A DNA stretch of 64,000 bases from Antechinus flavipes (taxonomy: Eukaryota), in assembly GCF_016432865.1 (NCBI RefSeq), contig NC_067400.1, positions 480,004,001 to 480,068,000 on the forward strand, written 5' to 3'. A program made the position numbers and the translations under genes. The first letter of the stretch is position 1. The number at the start of each line of letters is the position of its first letter. Under the pieces are notes generated by a model. It was given only the letters and a program-made list of their open reading frames with translations, was not told the DNA's origin and searched no databases. This document shows positions 34,141 to 45,800 of this stretch, in pieces.

Positions 34141-34699
34141 GAATTAAGTCGAATTTGAATTTTAACAATCTCCTTGGCTCAGTTTCTACAGAAGTATGCT
34201 CATCTTTTAGTTGAATTGCACATATTTTCAAATCAAAGGCAGAGGCCATAACCTAAGGCAGATTCTTCATTGAAGGAGAGTGGGTGTTGTAGAGGTTCAC
34301 TTTTGTAATAGTATATTGTAACGCATTAAGTTCTTTTATCTGTGGTTTTGAAATCTTAAGTGTCTGGGCCCTTTGTGAGAACTTGGACATGATCTCTCCA
34401 GGGTGCTGAAATCTCCCTACTTATTGATCACAAGTATTCCTCACTGTCCCTACTCTAATTTTAACACCGATTAAAGTTCATTGTCCTTATCTTGGAAAGG
34501 AATTCTCCCCACTTACTATGTACAAATACCTCTGTCTTAAAATTTATAGCAGGAATTTGTAAATGTTACCCTTAAAAGAACCTTCCAAAATAGCACCAAG
34601 AGTTTTTTCTTAATGCGGCTACCTCAGGAGTGGAGTTGGGCGGAGATAGGGAGATATGCGTCCTAGGCTGCAAAAAAACGTAAGCTCCTCCCTTCAGCC

Positions 34700-34818
34700 C
34701 AACCGCTATGGTTCTTCGAACTACATTTCCCATCAAGACCTGAGAACTCCACGTGCTGAAGCCTTGAAATCACTTCCTGTAGATCAGAGTACTTCCTGGA
34801 GGCTTTCGCTGCTATAAG
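34700..34818 (+). promoter_or_regulatory. PUS3: PUS3 promoter and non-coding exon 1 (ends 34818)
   Basis: ZNF143/THAP11-type ACTACATTTCCCATCAAGACC at 34720-34740; E-box CACGTG at 34750; two ETS-type ACTTCCTG sites at 34772 and 34791; consensus donor AAG|GTAAGT at 34819. Confidence 0.8.
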
Positions 34819-36363
34819 GTAAGTGTGTTACGGCCTGCTCTTGGGCATGTGTCTTTTATACTAGTTTCCTAGTTCTTGGGAGGAGAGGGAATTGGGGTTG
34901 GGAAAACCACCACGCGCTGCCCTCATGTTAATTCTCCCTGCCGGAGGTACAGTAAACGGGCGGCTGTAACCTTATGCTGCGGTAGGTGCAAGCCCATGAA
35001 AGCTCCCAGCTTTGAGGAGCAGAGTCCTTCCTTACGGAGTTCCTTTCACCCAAGACCACCGAACTCCTGATGGTTCCTGGAGACCTTGGTGAGGGAAGGG
35101 GGCTGTATGCATTATGAGCTACAGCTCTTAAAATGTTTTAGGACTTTTGTCTGATTACAGCCAGGCAAATGAATACTGTTAATTCTAAGTCTTCAAATTC
35201 TCTAGAAAACCGATATTACCCGTGAATTGTTACTGTGAAACCACTGAACCAAATCTATCACTGAACCAAAAGCCTGAGGTCTGACTAAAGATTTTGAAAT
35301 AGAATTAAAACTTGGCTAGTAGTAAGACTGCAAAACCAAGAGGTATGTTGCTCTGGGAGAAACATGATTTTTAATTTTAAAATCTTGTGAAGGGGAAATT
35401 TAGCTGGCATTAAAGCTTCTAGATGTTAATTGATTCAAATGCAAACTAGATTGTGAATTTTAGGTTTTTATTTTAAAACTCGCCCTTTGAACAACTCCAT
35501 AGTAAAATTACAAACCATGTTAATTAACACAAGTGGCCACATTATCAATGGGGAGACTTATGAGGGAAAAGAATGTTAATAAAAGATTTGGACAAGCCTA
35601 GAGCCTAGGCTTATAACAGCTTAAAGCAAAATGCCATTGGTTTAAGAAAAAAAAAAAATGAAGGGTATAAGGGAGGATTTAAAGTATACTTCTGGCTTCA
35701 GATGCTCACATGAAGATTCTCATTTTCTTCCCTTGCCTATTCCTTACCCCCAAAGAAATTAAGGTTAAAGAGTTACCATTTAAATGGTAACTAAATGGGA
35801 AGAGCAATTAGTTGCTTATGCCACAATTTGTAGTCAAAATTATACAAAAGTATTCTGGAATTTTAATTAAGTACAATTTGTTTTATAATATATGCATTGG
35901 CCACAGGAATCAATAGGGTTACATAGATTTAATCAGCCTGAAGTGACCAAACTGATAAATTACACTCTTCAATTTAACAAATTAAATTCAATATACATTT
36001 ATTAAGTGTCTATTCTGTGCAAGGAATTCTGGATTAGAGTTCTGACCTGCAACACAGTACATCTATACATTATAAAAAGCTGCTTTTAGGAAGTCTCAAT
36101 GGCTGGACATATTAATAGGTTTCTTTTAGCAATAGGAAATCTGATCTTTGACTTACTCTATTTTCCTTTATTCAGGAGCTATTGTGGAAAAGCAGGTCTT
36201 ATATTCTTATTCCCTACCTTCATTCCCTCAGCTCTTGTAGAATCTGGAGGAAAGGGAGCTGGTTGATGGGGAATGTAGGCAGAAACAGAATTCTTTTAAT
36301 TGGGAGTTCTAATTCAATATAATCTTGCTGTATTAGGAAGTACCTGGTAGAGATATGGGCAAG

Positions 36364-36390
36364 TTTATTCATTTCTAAAATATTTTTATT
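36364..36390 (-). terminator. HYLS1: Candidate HYLS1 polyadenylation signals (AATAAA at 36385-36390 and 36364-36369)
   Basis: First tttatt hexamers found downstream of the stop, about 385 nt away. Confidence 0.45.
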
Positions 36391-36775
36391 AAGACAGGTT
36401 TAAATCCCAGCAGCTATAAAAATCAGAGTGACAATTGACTAATAAAATCACACAACAATTCAGTTTGGCCAAATGGGAAAAAGGCATAGAATACAAGTAG
36501 TGCTTATCATCAAATGTGACAAAAAGACTACAAGCTTGGTTCTTTCTCTGGCATGATTTGTCTTAAGAGTGCTGGGTTTGTGAATGGCAATTTGGAAGTT
36601 ACTTGGCATCTGACACTGTTTAGAATGGAAAGAAAAAAGCCAGTGATGGATGAAGTCCTTCCTTAAAACTGTTCGCCTTTTTAAAGTCAGTTGTTTCTCT
36701 TTATGGAAAAGGTTAACAAACTAGGTAGTCACAGATTATCCTGAAGGATCTAGTAGGAAACTAGACAGTAAAGAA

Positions 36776-37693
36776 CTAAGAAGGAGAAACAGGAGAAGGG
36801 AGCTTCCGGGGCATGATACCATTTGCTAGGTCACAGCGCACACCCCAACGTAAGGCAGATCTTTTCTTCATGGTTGGTACTAAGTAGTTGTTGGGGACAT
36901 ATATGTGTTGAGGCTTGGATTGGGGCTCTGACCGATAGATCATTTGCTCTCGAACACCCCAACGAAGGTCTTTCCTTTGATCCTCCCCAGGCAACCTCAT
37001 TGAATCCCAATCTCTTTTGTACTCAAAGTACCGGGCTACTCTGTCTATCTTTCCCCTGTTTCGGCCTAACTGATCCAGTTTTGGGAGGATGAATGACTTA
37101 GGTCGGTTTGAAACAATCAGATCTTGCTCATAAACTGGAGATTCCATTGCTTCTCTTTGTAGGAAGCAAATGATTTCTTCTTCTTCCCGAGAAATGTCAT
37201 GGTAGGAATGTTGTGGGTACAACTTTTCTGAACTATCCATACCTTCAGCCTCAGTTTCATTTTCTTCCTGGCAGGGCTGCAAGTTCATTAGTCTTTGCCT
37301 CAAGTCCCAGAGCTCCATGTCATTTTCTATACTAGACCCTGAATCACTTATAACAGACTCATCTGTAACTAGTACTTCACCATCTGGCTTCCTACGAAGC
37401 ACTTTCCTCTTCATTACTGGCTTCCTGACTGTTTGGGAGGTGTCTGAACCAATGTCGGAAACTGTAACATCTTCTTGTGCACAGCGCAGATACACAGGTA
37501 GAGCACGTGCCTTGCCCAGGGTCACTGAAGCTTTAGTATAGGGATCATACTGGTTTGACCTGGCTTCTCTTATGTTATCTCCCTCACCCTGCCCTGCACA
37601 GATCTGGGTAAAGGCTATAGCAGCGGCTGCCATACGTTCTTCTGGATCCATAGTGGCCCATTTTTGCTTATTAGGTCCCATGAGTTTCTCCAT
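36776..37693 (-). CDS. HYLS1: Centriolar/ciliogenesis protein HYLS1, single coding exon, 305 aa
   Basis: [39 protein letters not shown] and the HYLS-1 box [19 protein letters not shown]...LRWGVR. ATG 37693 has a strong Kozak context. The acceptor tttacag at 37719-37720 shows the TTG-started ORF prefix is intronic. Confidence 0.96.
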   Translation of the reverse strand: MEKLMGPNKQKWATMDPEERMAAAAIAFTQICAGQGEGDNIREARSNQYDPYTKASVTLGKARALPVYLRCAQEDVTVSDIGSDTSQTVRKPVMKRKVLRRKPDGEVLVTDESVISDSGSSIENDMELWDLRQRLMNLQPCQEENETEAEGMDSSEKLYPQHSYHDISREEEEIICFLQREAMESPVYEQDLIVSNRPKSFILPKLDQLGRNRGKIDRVARYFEYKRDWDSMRLPGEDQRKDLRWGVREQMIYRSEPQSKPQHIYVPNNYLVPTMKKRSALRWGVRCDLANGIMPRKLPSPVSPS

Positions 37694-39737
37694 CGCTGCT
37701 TCTATGTTGTAGGCATTTCTGTAAAAGATAACAATTAAGAACACTTAAGTATTTGACAAAGCAGCTCTAATGTTAATATGCTATATTCACTAATTAGTCA
37801 GTTTCCTGTTTCTGACAAAAAATTATTAGACAAAAGCCTAACGCTTTGGAAGTGAGCATTCTCAATATTTTGAACTTCTGACAAATCAACAATTTACACA
37901 TTTATAGTAGATGTAAATATCTGCAGTATTTAAGATATTCAGAATAAATTTTGGGGGGTGTTATTTGTCCACCTTCACACGCTACTCTCATACAATACCA
38001 TCTTTACTTTCTACTTTTTTGACCTTATAATGCATACAATGCTAGATGTATTTCATTGCTATTATTTTTCACACTTAGTTCCTGATTTATCTACACTTGA
38101 TTTTTCATATACTCCCAACATTTTAATCACTTTTCTACCTAAACAATGATCACCCTTTATCAACAATTGTTACAAAGGATGAATGGATAAAGAGTAAGAA
38201 ATGATGCTCGGCAGTCTAATAATTTTCTGAGGACAAAAATGTTAAATGTTTAAGGTTGTAAAAGTAATTTTTAACAGCCCTGTTTACTTAGACATTGTAT
38301 TTTTCAAAAGAATATGTAACAAATGACAATCTCAAGATTCAGAGTTTAAGGAAAAAATATTAAAATTTTATGTGAAAAATTAAGCATGTAACTTAAAGCT
38401 TTCTATAGTCATTTTTGTCTTTTTAGTTATGCAAAACAGATTTATTAGCCATGTTGACAAAAAAAGCAAGAAAAGAACCGAAAAGCAATATGTTCTATCT
38501 GCACTTAACAATTTGTTAGTTCTCTTTTGAGACTAATAGTATTTTTCATCATGAGTCATTTGTAAACTGTCTTGGATCATTATATTCGTTTAAAGTAGCC
38601 AAGTCTGTTTTCACAATTTGCTCTTAACACTACATTACTGCTGTTATTATGCACAAAGATCATGATCTTTGTCTTACCCAATCTGCTCATCTTAAAACAC
38701 TACTGAGGTTATTCTAAGTCCAAAAGCCCAATTGTGTTGCTACCACCTGATACTATCATGATAGATATTATTAATGATAGAGGTTCAGTGTCTTCCCCTA
38801 TATTTAGCTATCCCTACAATATTATTTTCATTTGAATGTTATTTTTGAGGAAGAATTTCAAAAGTAGAGGATTGAATGACTTTTGTAGAGGCTGTTACCA
38901 AAGTTAGTATTAATACTTGACATGGAAGACAGTGTTTTAGAAAACTTAAAAATTACCTTTTTTCTGCCATTGAAATTACTTAAGATGAGTTTCTTAATTG
39001 TTTCTGAGCTTTGCTTCCAATGTGGAATATAACCATCGATAAGTTCTTTCAATCAGTTTAGCCTTCTATTTTATCACCTTGAAGATGGAGCTGAATACTT
39101 GAGAAAAGATGTGGATCAAGGCACTCAGAAATCTTCATCTGAAATATTGGTAAGTGAAAACATCTCAGTAAGGGAAAAAGGTAGTATATAAGTAGCGACA
39201 TTTTATAAGTAGAATCCTAAAAGGTCTAATGACTAAATAGACATTTTTAATAATTAAGTAGAATTTTGAAAAATCAAGAGAGTATGTTTTCAATGACCCA
39301 TTTTTAAAAATTCAGATAAATTAAACAGATGGATAAAATTGAGAGAACTTCGAAACATCATTTTAGCTATTTCTAAACAAACTTTCAAATATAGGTAGTA
39401 ATGGGCTTTCCCTTGTTTTGTTTCTTCTTTTCCTTCCCCCATATCCAATGGAAAGGTTCAGAAAGCAGAGTTTAGGATGAAGTACAATGTCTGAAATAGT
39501 CAACAAGTGGCTAAATTACTTCATAATTGTTAATTTCTTGGATTCATGTACACTGGGCAAAGGACAGGGTTCTTCAAAATATAGAAGATAATGAAATCTA
39601 AGGATGTATTTGAAAGTATGACTATAATAATACCTATGATATAATCACTAGAGTAATCCCCATGAAGTACTTCATTTCTAAATTCTTATTTAAGGCAGAG
39701 ACAAACTATATATTTTTTTACATTTCGGAGTCATACA

Positions 39738-42090
39738 ATGGAAGGAAACATAGACACAAATCAGACTGAGACACTCCTGAAGAGAATACAAGAACTGGAG
39801 AGAGAGGTACAGAGGCTACAACAGGAACAGGCTGACAAGAAGAAAAGCCCAAACATCAGAGGACAAAGTTCCACTGAAATTGGGAAACCAAAGAAACGGC
39901 ACGAGCGTGCTTTTAACTTCAGTGCATATGGCCAAAGACATGTAGCTCTAAGGATAGCTTATTTGGGCTGGGGATATCAGGGTTTTGCCAGTCAAGAAAA
40001 CACAAGCAATACCATTGAAGAGAAACTGTTTGAGGCACTAATCAAGACTCGGCTAGTAGAAAGCAGACAGACATCCAACTACCACCGATGTGGGCGAACA
40101 GACAAAGGAGTTAGTGCCTTTGGACAGGTGGGTAGTTTTTTCTAATCTTTGTAAGATGCCATGGTGTTGGTTATGTGTGCTATGAAGTTAGGTTTATTGT
40201 AAATGTAAAATGATCTTTTCCTAATTTTATAGGTGATTTCTCTTAATCTTCGCTCCCAACTTCTAGGGAGCAAGAAGCCAGAAGATCAGAGTTTGAAAGA
40301 CAGTACCAATGACACTATTGAAGAGATTCGCTATACCCATATTCTCAATCGGGTCCTTCCTCCAGACATCCGGGTACTGGCTTGGGCCCCTGTAGAATCC
40401 AATTTTAGTGCCCGGTTCAGCTGCCTTGAACGGACTTATCGCTATTTTTTCCCTTGTGCTGATCTAGATATTGAAGCCATGAATGATGCTGCTCAAAAAT
40501 ATGTTGGTACTCATGATTTCCGGAACTTATGTAAAATGGATGTGGCCAATGGTGTGATAAATTTCCAAAGGACTATCCTGTCTGCTAATGTACAACTAGT
40601 GGCCTTGCAGGATTCAGGGGAGAAACTTCAACAGGAACCATTCCAGTTGTGTCAATTTGAAGTGATTGGGCAGGCTTTTCTTTACCATCAGGTACGCTGT
40701 ATGATGGCCATTCTTTTTCTGATTGGCCAGAGAATGGAGAAACCAGAGATCATTGATGAACTTCTGAACATAGAGAAAAATCCCCAAAAACCACAGTACA
40801 GGTAATGGAAAATTCCAACAATTTTACATAAAGATGTTTTTATTTGGATATTCTGTTCTCTTCATTAGTTTCTTACATTTAACGGTTCCCAAACATACAT
40901 TTGGGCCAAGCACCTTAAATAAAAAATTTCCTCCAAATAAATACTCATAAGTTTTTAACTTCTAGATTAATGATATGAGGATGTACTATTTATTCAAGTG
41001 AATCTGGAAGCAAGCATTAATTTGTCATTTTACTTTTTTTTTTTCAGTGAGTTTCATTTATATTGTCCTACTGTGCCACTTTTAATACATTTTCTTATGT
41101 GTACTTCCTACTTGTTATCCCTTATTTTGAGAGCAAATCAATGGTCTTTACTACATGTAGAACTCCCCATTGTGTCCCACTTTTTATAGTCAGGTTTCAA
41201 TTAACAGATGTCTTGGGTATGTGTGTGTTTGTTTTAAACGAATTTCAAAGAAATTAGCTTTTGTGGTGTTAACTCATTTTTATATAACTTGGATCAATAC
41301 TGGAATTTTCTTCTAATATAGGTCAAATCCAAATATCTAAAAAAAAGGATTTATTTCTATTTTGATTATAAACTACCTTCAAGGACAAGGAACAAATTCA
41401 TTGGTATCTTTCGATAGCATCCAAGAAAATATTCTATCTTTTAGCAGACGCTTAATATTAACTTTTATAAAAAGCTGAAGAAAAAAATGATCTTTTCTCT
41501 TTGCAGCATGGCAGTGGAATTTCCTTTAGTTCTACATGATTGTAAATTTGAGAACATCAAATGGATCTATGACCAGGAAGTTCAGGAGTTTAATGTCACA
41601 CATCTGCAGCAACTGTGGGCTAATTATGCAGTTAAAACTCACATGTTATACAGCATGCTTCAGGGACTTGACACTGCTGCCATATCCTCTGGATCAGGTA
41701 GGTTAGAAAAACTTGAAACTAATTGGGGGGGAGGGGGGAAGAGAAAATTACTAGAAAGACTGGAGGTTTCATTATGTTAAAGTTGCTAATTGTGCACTAG
41801 GATCAAAAAGAAATGAAGTGGTCCAGTGGAAAGATGTCAAACCTTCTGTCCAGAAGCAGATCAGTGCCTTTGTAGAGGGAGTGAAAACACGAACCTATAA
41901 GCCATTATTGGATCGTCCTAGATGTGAAGGCTTAGAGTCCCGGATCCGGCACTTTGTTAGAAAGGGACGAATTAAGCAACCACAAGAATGCCAAGAGGAG
42001 GAAAGAAAAATCAAAAGGGACCACAGTGATACTGCAGAAGAAAACACCTCAGAAAAACTAACCAAGAAGATCTGTGTTACTAGGAATTAA
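39738..42090 (+). CDS. PUS3: tRNA pseudouridine(38/39) synthase PUS3 (TruA family), coding exons 39738-40127, 40233-40801, 41507-41697, 41801-42090; 1440 nt, 479 aa
   Basis: TruA motifs YLGWGYQGF and the catalytic GRTDKGVSA, plus GTHDFRNLCK and AFLYHQVRCM. GT-AG introns of 105, 705 and 103 nt join in frame. The exon 2 acceptor is probably tttaag|G at 39695. Confidence 0.96.
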
Positions 42091-42434
42091 AAATGGTACA
42101 TGGTCTTAGCAAACACAATGAAAAATGAAGGGGCAAATCAGTTTAAAGACTAACCAAAATGAATTTTCGTTGAAGAGCTAGCATACATAAACTTTTTTTT
42201 TTTTTTTTAAAGAAAGAGTATGTTCTCAGAATTTTATCTGCTGGTTTTCCATAAAGCTTTAGGTTAAAAACAAAATCAAAATTTTACATTTTTAAACTGA
42301 ACTTACTTTGCTCCAAGTATGAAGTTAGTGGTTGATGAAAGCACAACTTGGACCAACAGGGAACAGGGATGAGTCAGCAATATAAATGGAAATATTTCCC
42401 ACACCTAGAGACTTGTGCCTTTGTTTTCACATTC

Positions 42435-42440
42435 ATTAAA
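42435..42440 (+). terminator. PUS3: Candidate PUS3 polyadenylation signal ATTAAA
   Basis: Variant hexamer about 345 nt after the stop. Confidence 0.4.
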
Positions 42441-42809
42441 GAAACTATTTAAAGGGGGCGGAAATTACTCTTAAAAAGGTCAATCCTACTGTTTATACTT
42501 TTCATTAATTATCTGAGCATTCCCGAGTGTAATGAAGAGCACAAAAAGTGAAATAGGGTTAAAAAGATGGATTGGAACTAGATTGTGGAAATTCTTAAAT
42601 TTTGGGAGTGAAAGGCAATAGAAATCTACTAAAAGTTTATAAGCAGCATCATGACATGGGAATTCTGTGGCTGTAATCTTTACAATTATGTGGAAAACGG
42701 TTTGGAAAGACAAAGGTCTGATGTGAAGATGATGAATTAGGAAGATAATGTAATGCCAAAGAAACTGAGCAAGACAGAAGTTAGAGACCAATTCAATAGT
42801 TTACTAAAT

Positions 42810-43268
42810 GGAGAGAGATACTGGGACCAGACGGATCTTGGTACCAGGGCTGGATGAGACTATCATCTCAAAGAATCCAGCCCTGAGTCCTAGGACAGCA
42901 AATTTTTTTATAGGATGACAAGAATAGTGATACATAATGGGGGAGGTACCTAGGTGGGGATAACTTAATGGTGAGGGAGGCCCCTAGGATGACACAATGG
43001 AGGGAGGTTACTGATATTCTAATGATTCTAAAATGGATAAACCTTTATCCTGTCAAACATTAAGAAGGAATGTCTATAACCTAAAGATATAAAACCTTCA
43101 TCTCATCAACCATTTAAGAGGGAATGATTATAGCCTGAAGTTTTGGGGAGAGCAACTGAGGTAGACCTTTATCTCATCAAACATTAAGAGGGAAAGGCTA
43201 TAACCTGAGGCAGAATAACTAAGTAGGACAATTGGGAAACTGGGTCAGGACATTAAAAGGGTACAACA
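42810..43268 (-). mobile_element. Probable solo ERV LTR
   Basis: Internally repeated motif acctttatc.tc.tcaaacattaaga and a ...tacaaca end. No TSD identified. Confidence 0.45.
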
Positions 43269-43849
43269 ATAAGGTTCTGACTTAGGTTGGGGTCTTTGTT
43301 AATGGAGAAAGAGGGTTGGACAATGAGGTTTTGGCAATTGATTGCATAAAGGAGAGGGTTGTGGGAGAAAAAGAGAGGCAAAATTGACAGATTATGAATT
43401 TAGATGACAGTAAGCTTAGAGGAGATGAAATTCATAAGGAATGGGTGGTAACTAAAAGAAATGATCAAAACAATTTAGCCTGTTTTATTCATTTCTAGGC
43501 TCAACTTATTTACAATGACTTTCAAAGACACACAAATACATAAAGATGTACTTATGTGTGATGTCTTTTATGTTATTTATATGAGTGCATTCCCTCAACA
43601 TTTTTTGTGTACGTCACTTTCCTGAGTGAATGATAAGGTGTAACTTTAAAGGTAACTTCACTGCATCAACGTTTTCCATTTTATTCAAAGCAAGATGGCT
43701 GGTGTGTCTGAGGCCCCAGATTATTTTCCCCCCCTTTTCAAATTCAGATCAATCTTCCCCCTTAATTTGTGCCCTTGTACTAGGGATTTCATTGTGCATG
43801 TTGACGCTTCTTCACACTCCTTAAGGATGGTAAATATGATAAGCTTCTT

Positions 43850-45800
43850 TTATCAAAATCTGACATTATTCTGTCTTAGCCCTCCCTAAACTTATTTGCT
43901 CTCAACTGTGACCTCTGATCCCTTTACCTTTTGGCATTTTCTCTATAGTCATTATTCCCTGCTCTGAATTCTCTTTCAAATCATTATCTTGTAACTTACA
44001 TGCCTGAGTGAATGAATGCCACATTGCCATCAACCCTTAACAGTGTGTTTTTTTAGTATTGCCAATCCCTTTCCAAATTCTAGATTTGGATTGCTCCCAC
44101 CATTCCTTTTCTGCATTTCTCAAGTGCTACCAAACAGACTGCAAAGCAAACTGGGTTTGCAAAGCAAAATTCATGTTATCCAACTTTACCTGGACCCTCC
44201 CCTACAGGAAAATAATTCTTTTACTCCTCAATTGTTAACTTATTTCATTCTCTATAGCAGCTAATCTATCTTAAAACTCCCACAACTCGTTTCCTGAGAA
44301 AATAGGCTATATATGATATAAATTCTTTCTTCTCCCTTTCTTTTGATTTTAAAAATTGATATCATCTTCCCATCCCTAAACTTCTTCAGACTGAAGATGT
44401 TTACCTTTTCCTTGCCACGGCCAACCTCTTTCTATAATCTTCGATCTCAAACCTTACTATCTTCTTAACCATCTTCTAATCATCTCTCTCCACATCCTAC
44501 TGGTCTTTTAAAGACTGGCCACTGGACCCTGATGGCTCTGGAGGGGGAAGTGTGGCAGGTTACTTTGCATAGCCCTCCTTCACTTAAATTCAATTCACTT
44601 GCATCTTATGGCATCACCTCACTACCCAACCACTGGTTCTTTCCTTGCAATTTTTCAAATATGCCCAAGCTTTCCCTATCCTCTTAAAAAAATAAAATAA
44701 AACAAAACAAAAAAAAAAAATTACCCTAGTCTCTATCTTCCCTTTCTCAGCCAAATTTCTTGGGGGGAAAAAAAGCTCTTCACATATATCTCCTCTCTCA
44801 TCTTTAACCTTTTGTAGTCTGGCTTGCAAACTTATGACAATTGCTCTCTTCCAAGTTACCAGTGTTAACTTAAATTGTCCAATCAGATGGTTTTATCTTA
44901 GTCCTCATTAAGCTTAATTTCACAGCAGCATTTGACAAATTGTTGTCACATTCTCTCTTCTGAATTTTTATAATGCTGACAATTTCCTTTAATGTTTTTG
45001 CTATCTTATTATCTCCACTCTCCTGAGCTTCACCAAAGATCTTTTGGACAATTGAATTGGGTTGTTCCAGAACCATTTCAATTATGCCCCGAACAAAACT
45101 TCTTTCCTGATAAAATGCATTTTTTCTAAAAGTCGATTTTTACTGAAATCGCCACCAGTCTTCTAGACAGTAGTCCTAGTTCTCACTTCCTTTCTCCCTC
45201 ACCCACCACCACCCAAGTTGTTGCTCAATAATGCTATTTCTACTCCTGCAGCATAATTTGAAGCTGTGCTTCTCTCTTTATTCACACCTTGGTTCAGGCT
45301 CATTAATTGCCAGATTTCTCCATACTGTTAGTTTCTCCCCATTCTAGTCTATCTACATAGATGCCAAAGTCATTTCCTTTGGTGCATAGATTTGTCACTC
45401 CCACTTTTAATAAACTCCAATGGCTCTTTATTTCTACTAAGATCAAACAGTATGGCTCCAACAACCTCTCTTACCTCAATGCACATTGCTCCCCTCCTGT
45501 GCTCTGCAATCTAGCCAAAGTGGCCTTCTAAATTCCTCATGTTACTTCATTTTCCATTTTTATGACTCATTCTGGCCACCTGCAATAAACTTTTTTCTCA
45601 TCTCTGCCTTTTTTAAAGACACAATTCCAGTAACACACCTCACTGAAGCCTTTCTTAATCTTCCCAACTGTTAGTGCTTTCCCCTTCTACTTTTATTCTC
45701 TGTATTACATATATACTTATGCAACCCTTCCTGCCCTTAGAATTCAGGTTTGTTTGAAAATAGGGATTGTCTGATTCTTTTAAATTTGTATTCTCAGGGA
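43850..45800 (-). mobile_element. L2 relic cluster
   Basis: Pyrimidine-rich plus strand with typical L2 motifs (cacagcagcatttgaca, ataaactccaatggctc, aatgcttaataaa). Confidence 0.55.

Noticed and set aside
37694-37744. ORF-track N-terminal extension of HYLS1 ([10 protein letters not shown]...)
   Set aside because: It begins at a TTG within the intron's pyrimidine tract upstream of the AG at 37719-37720. The orthologous start is the ATG at 37693.
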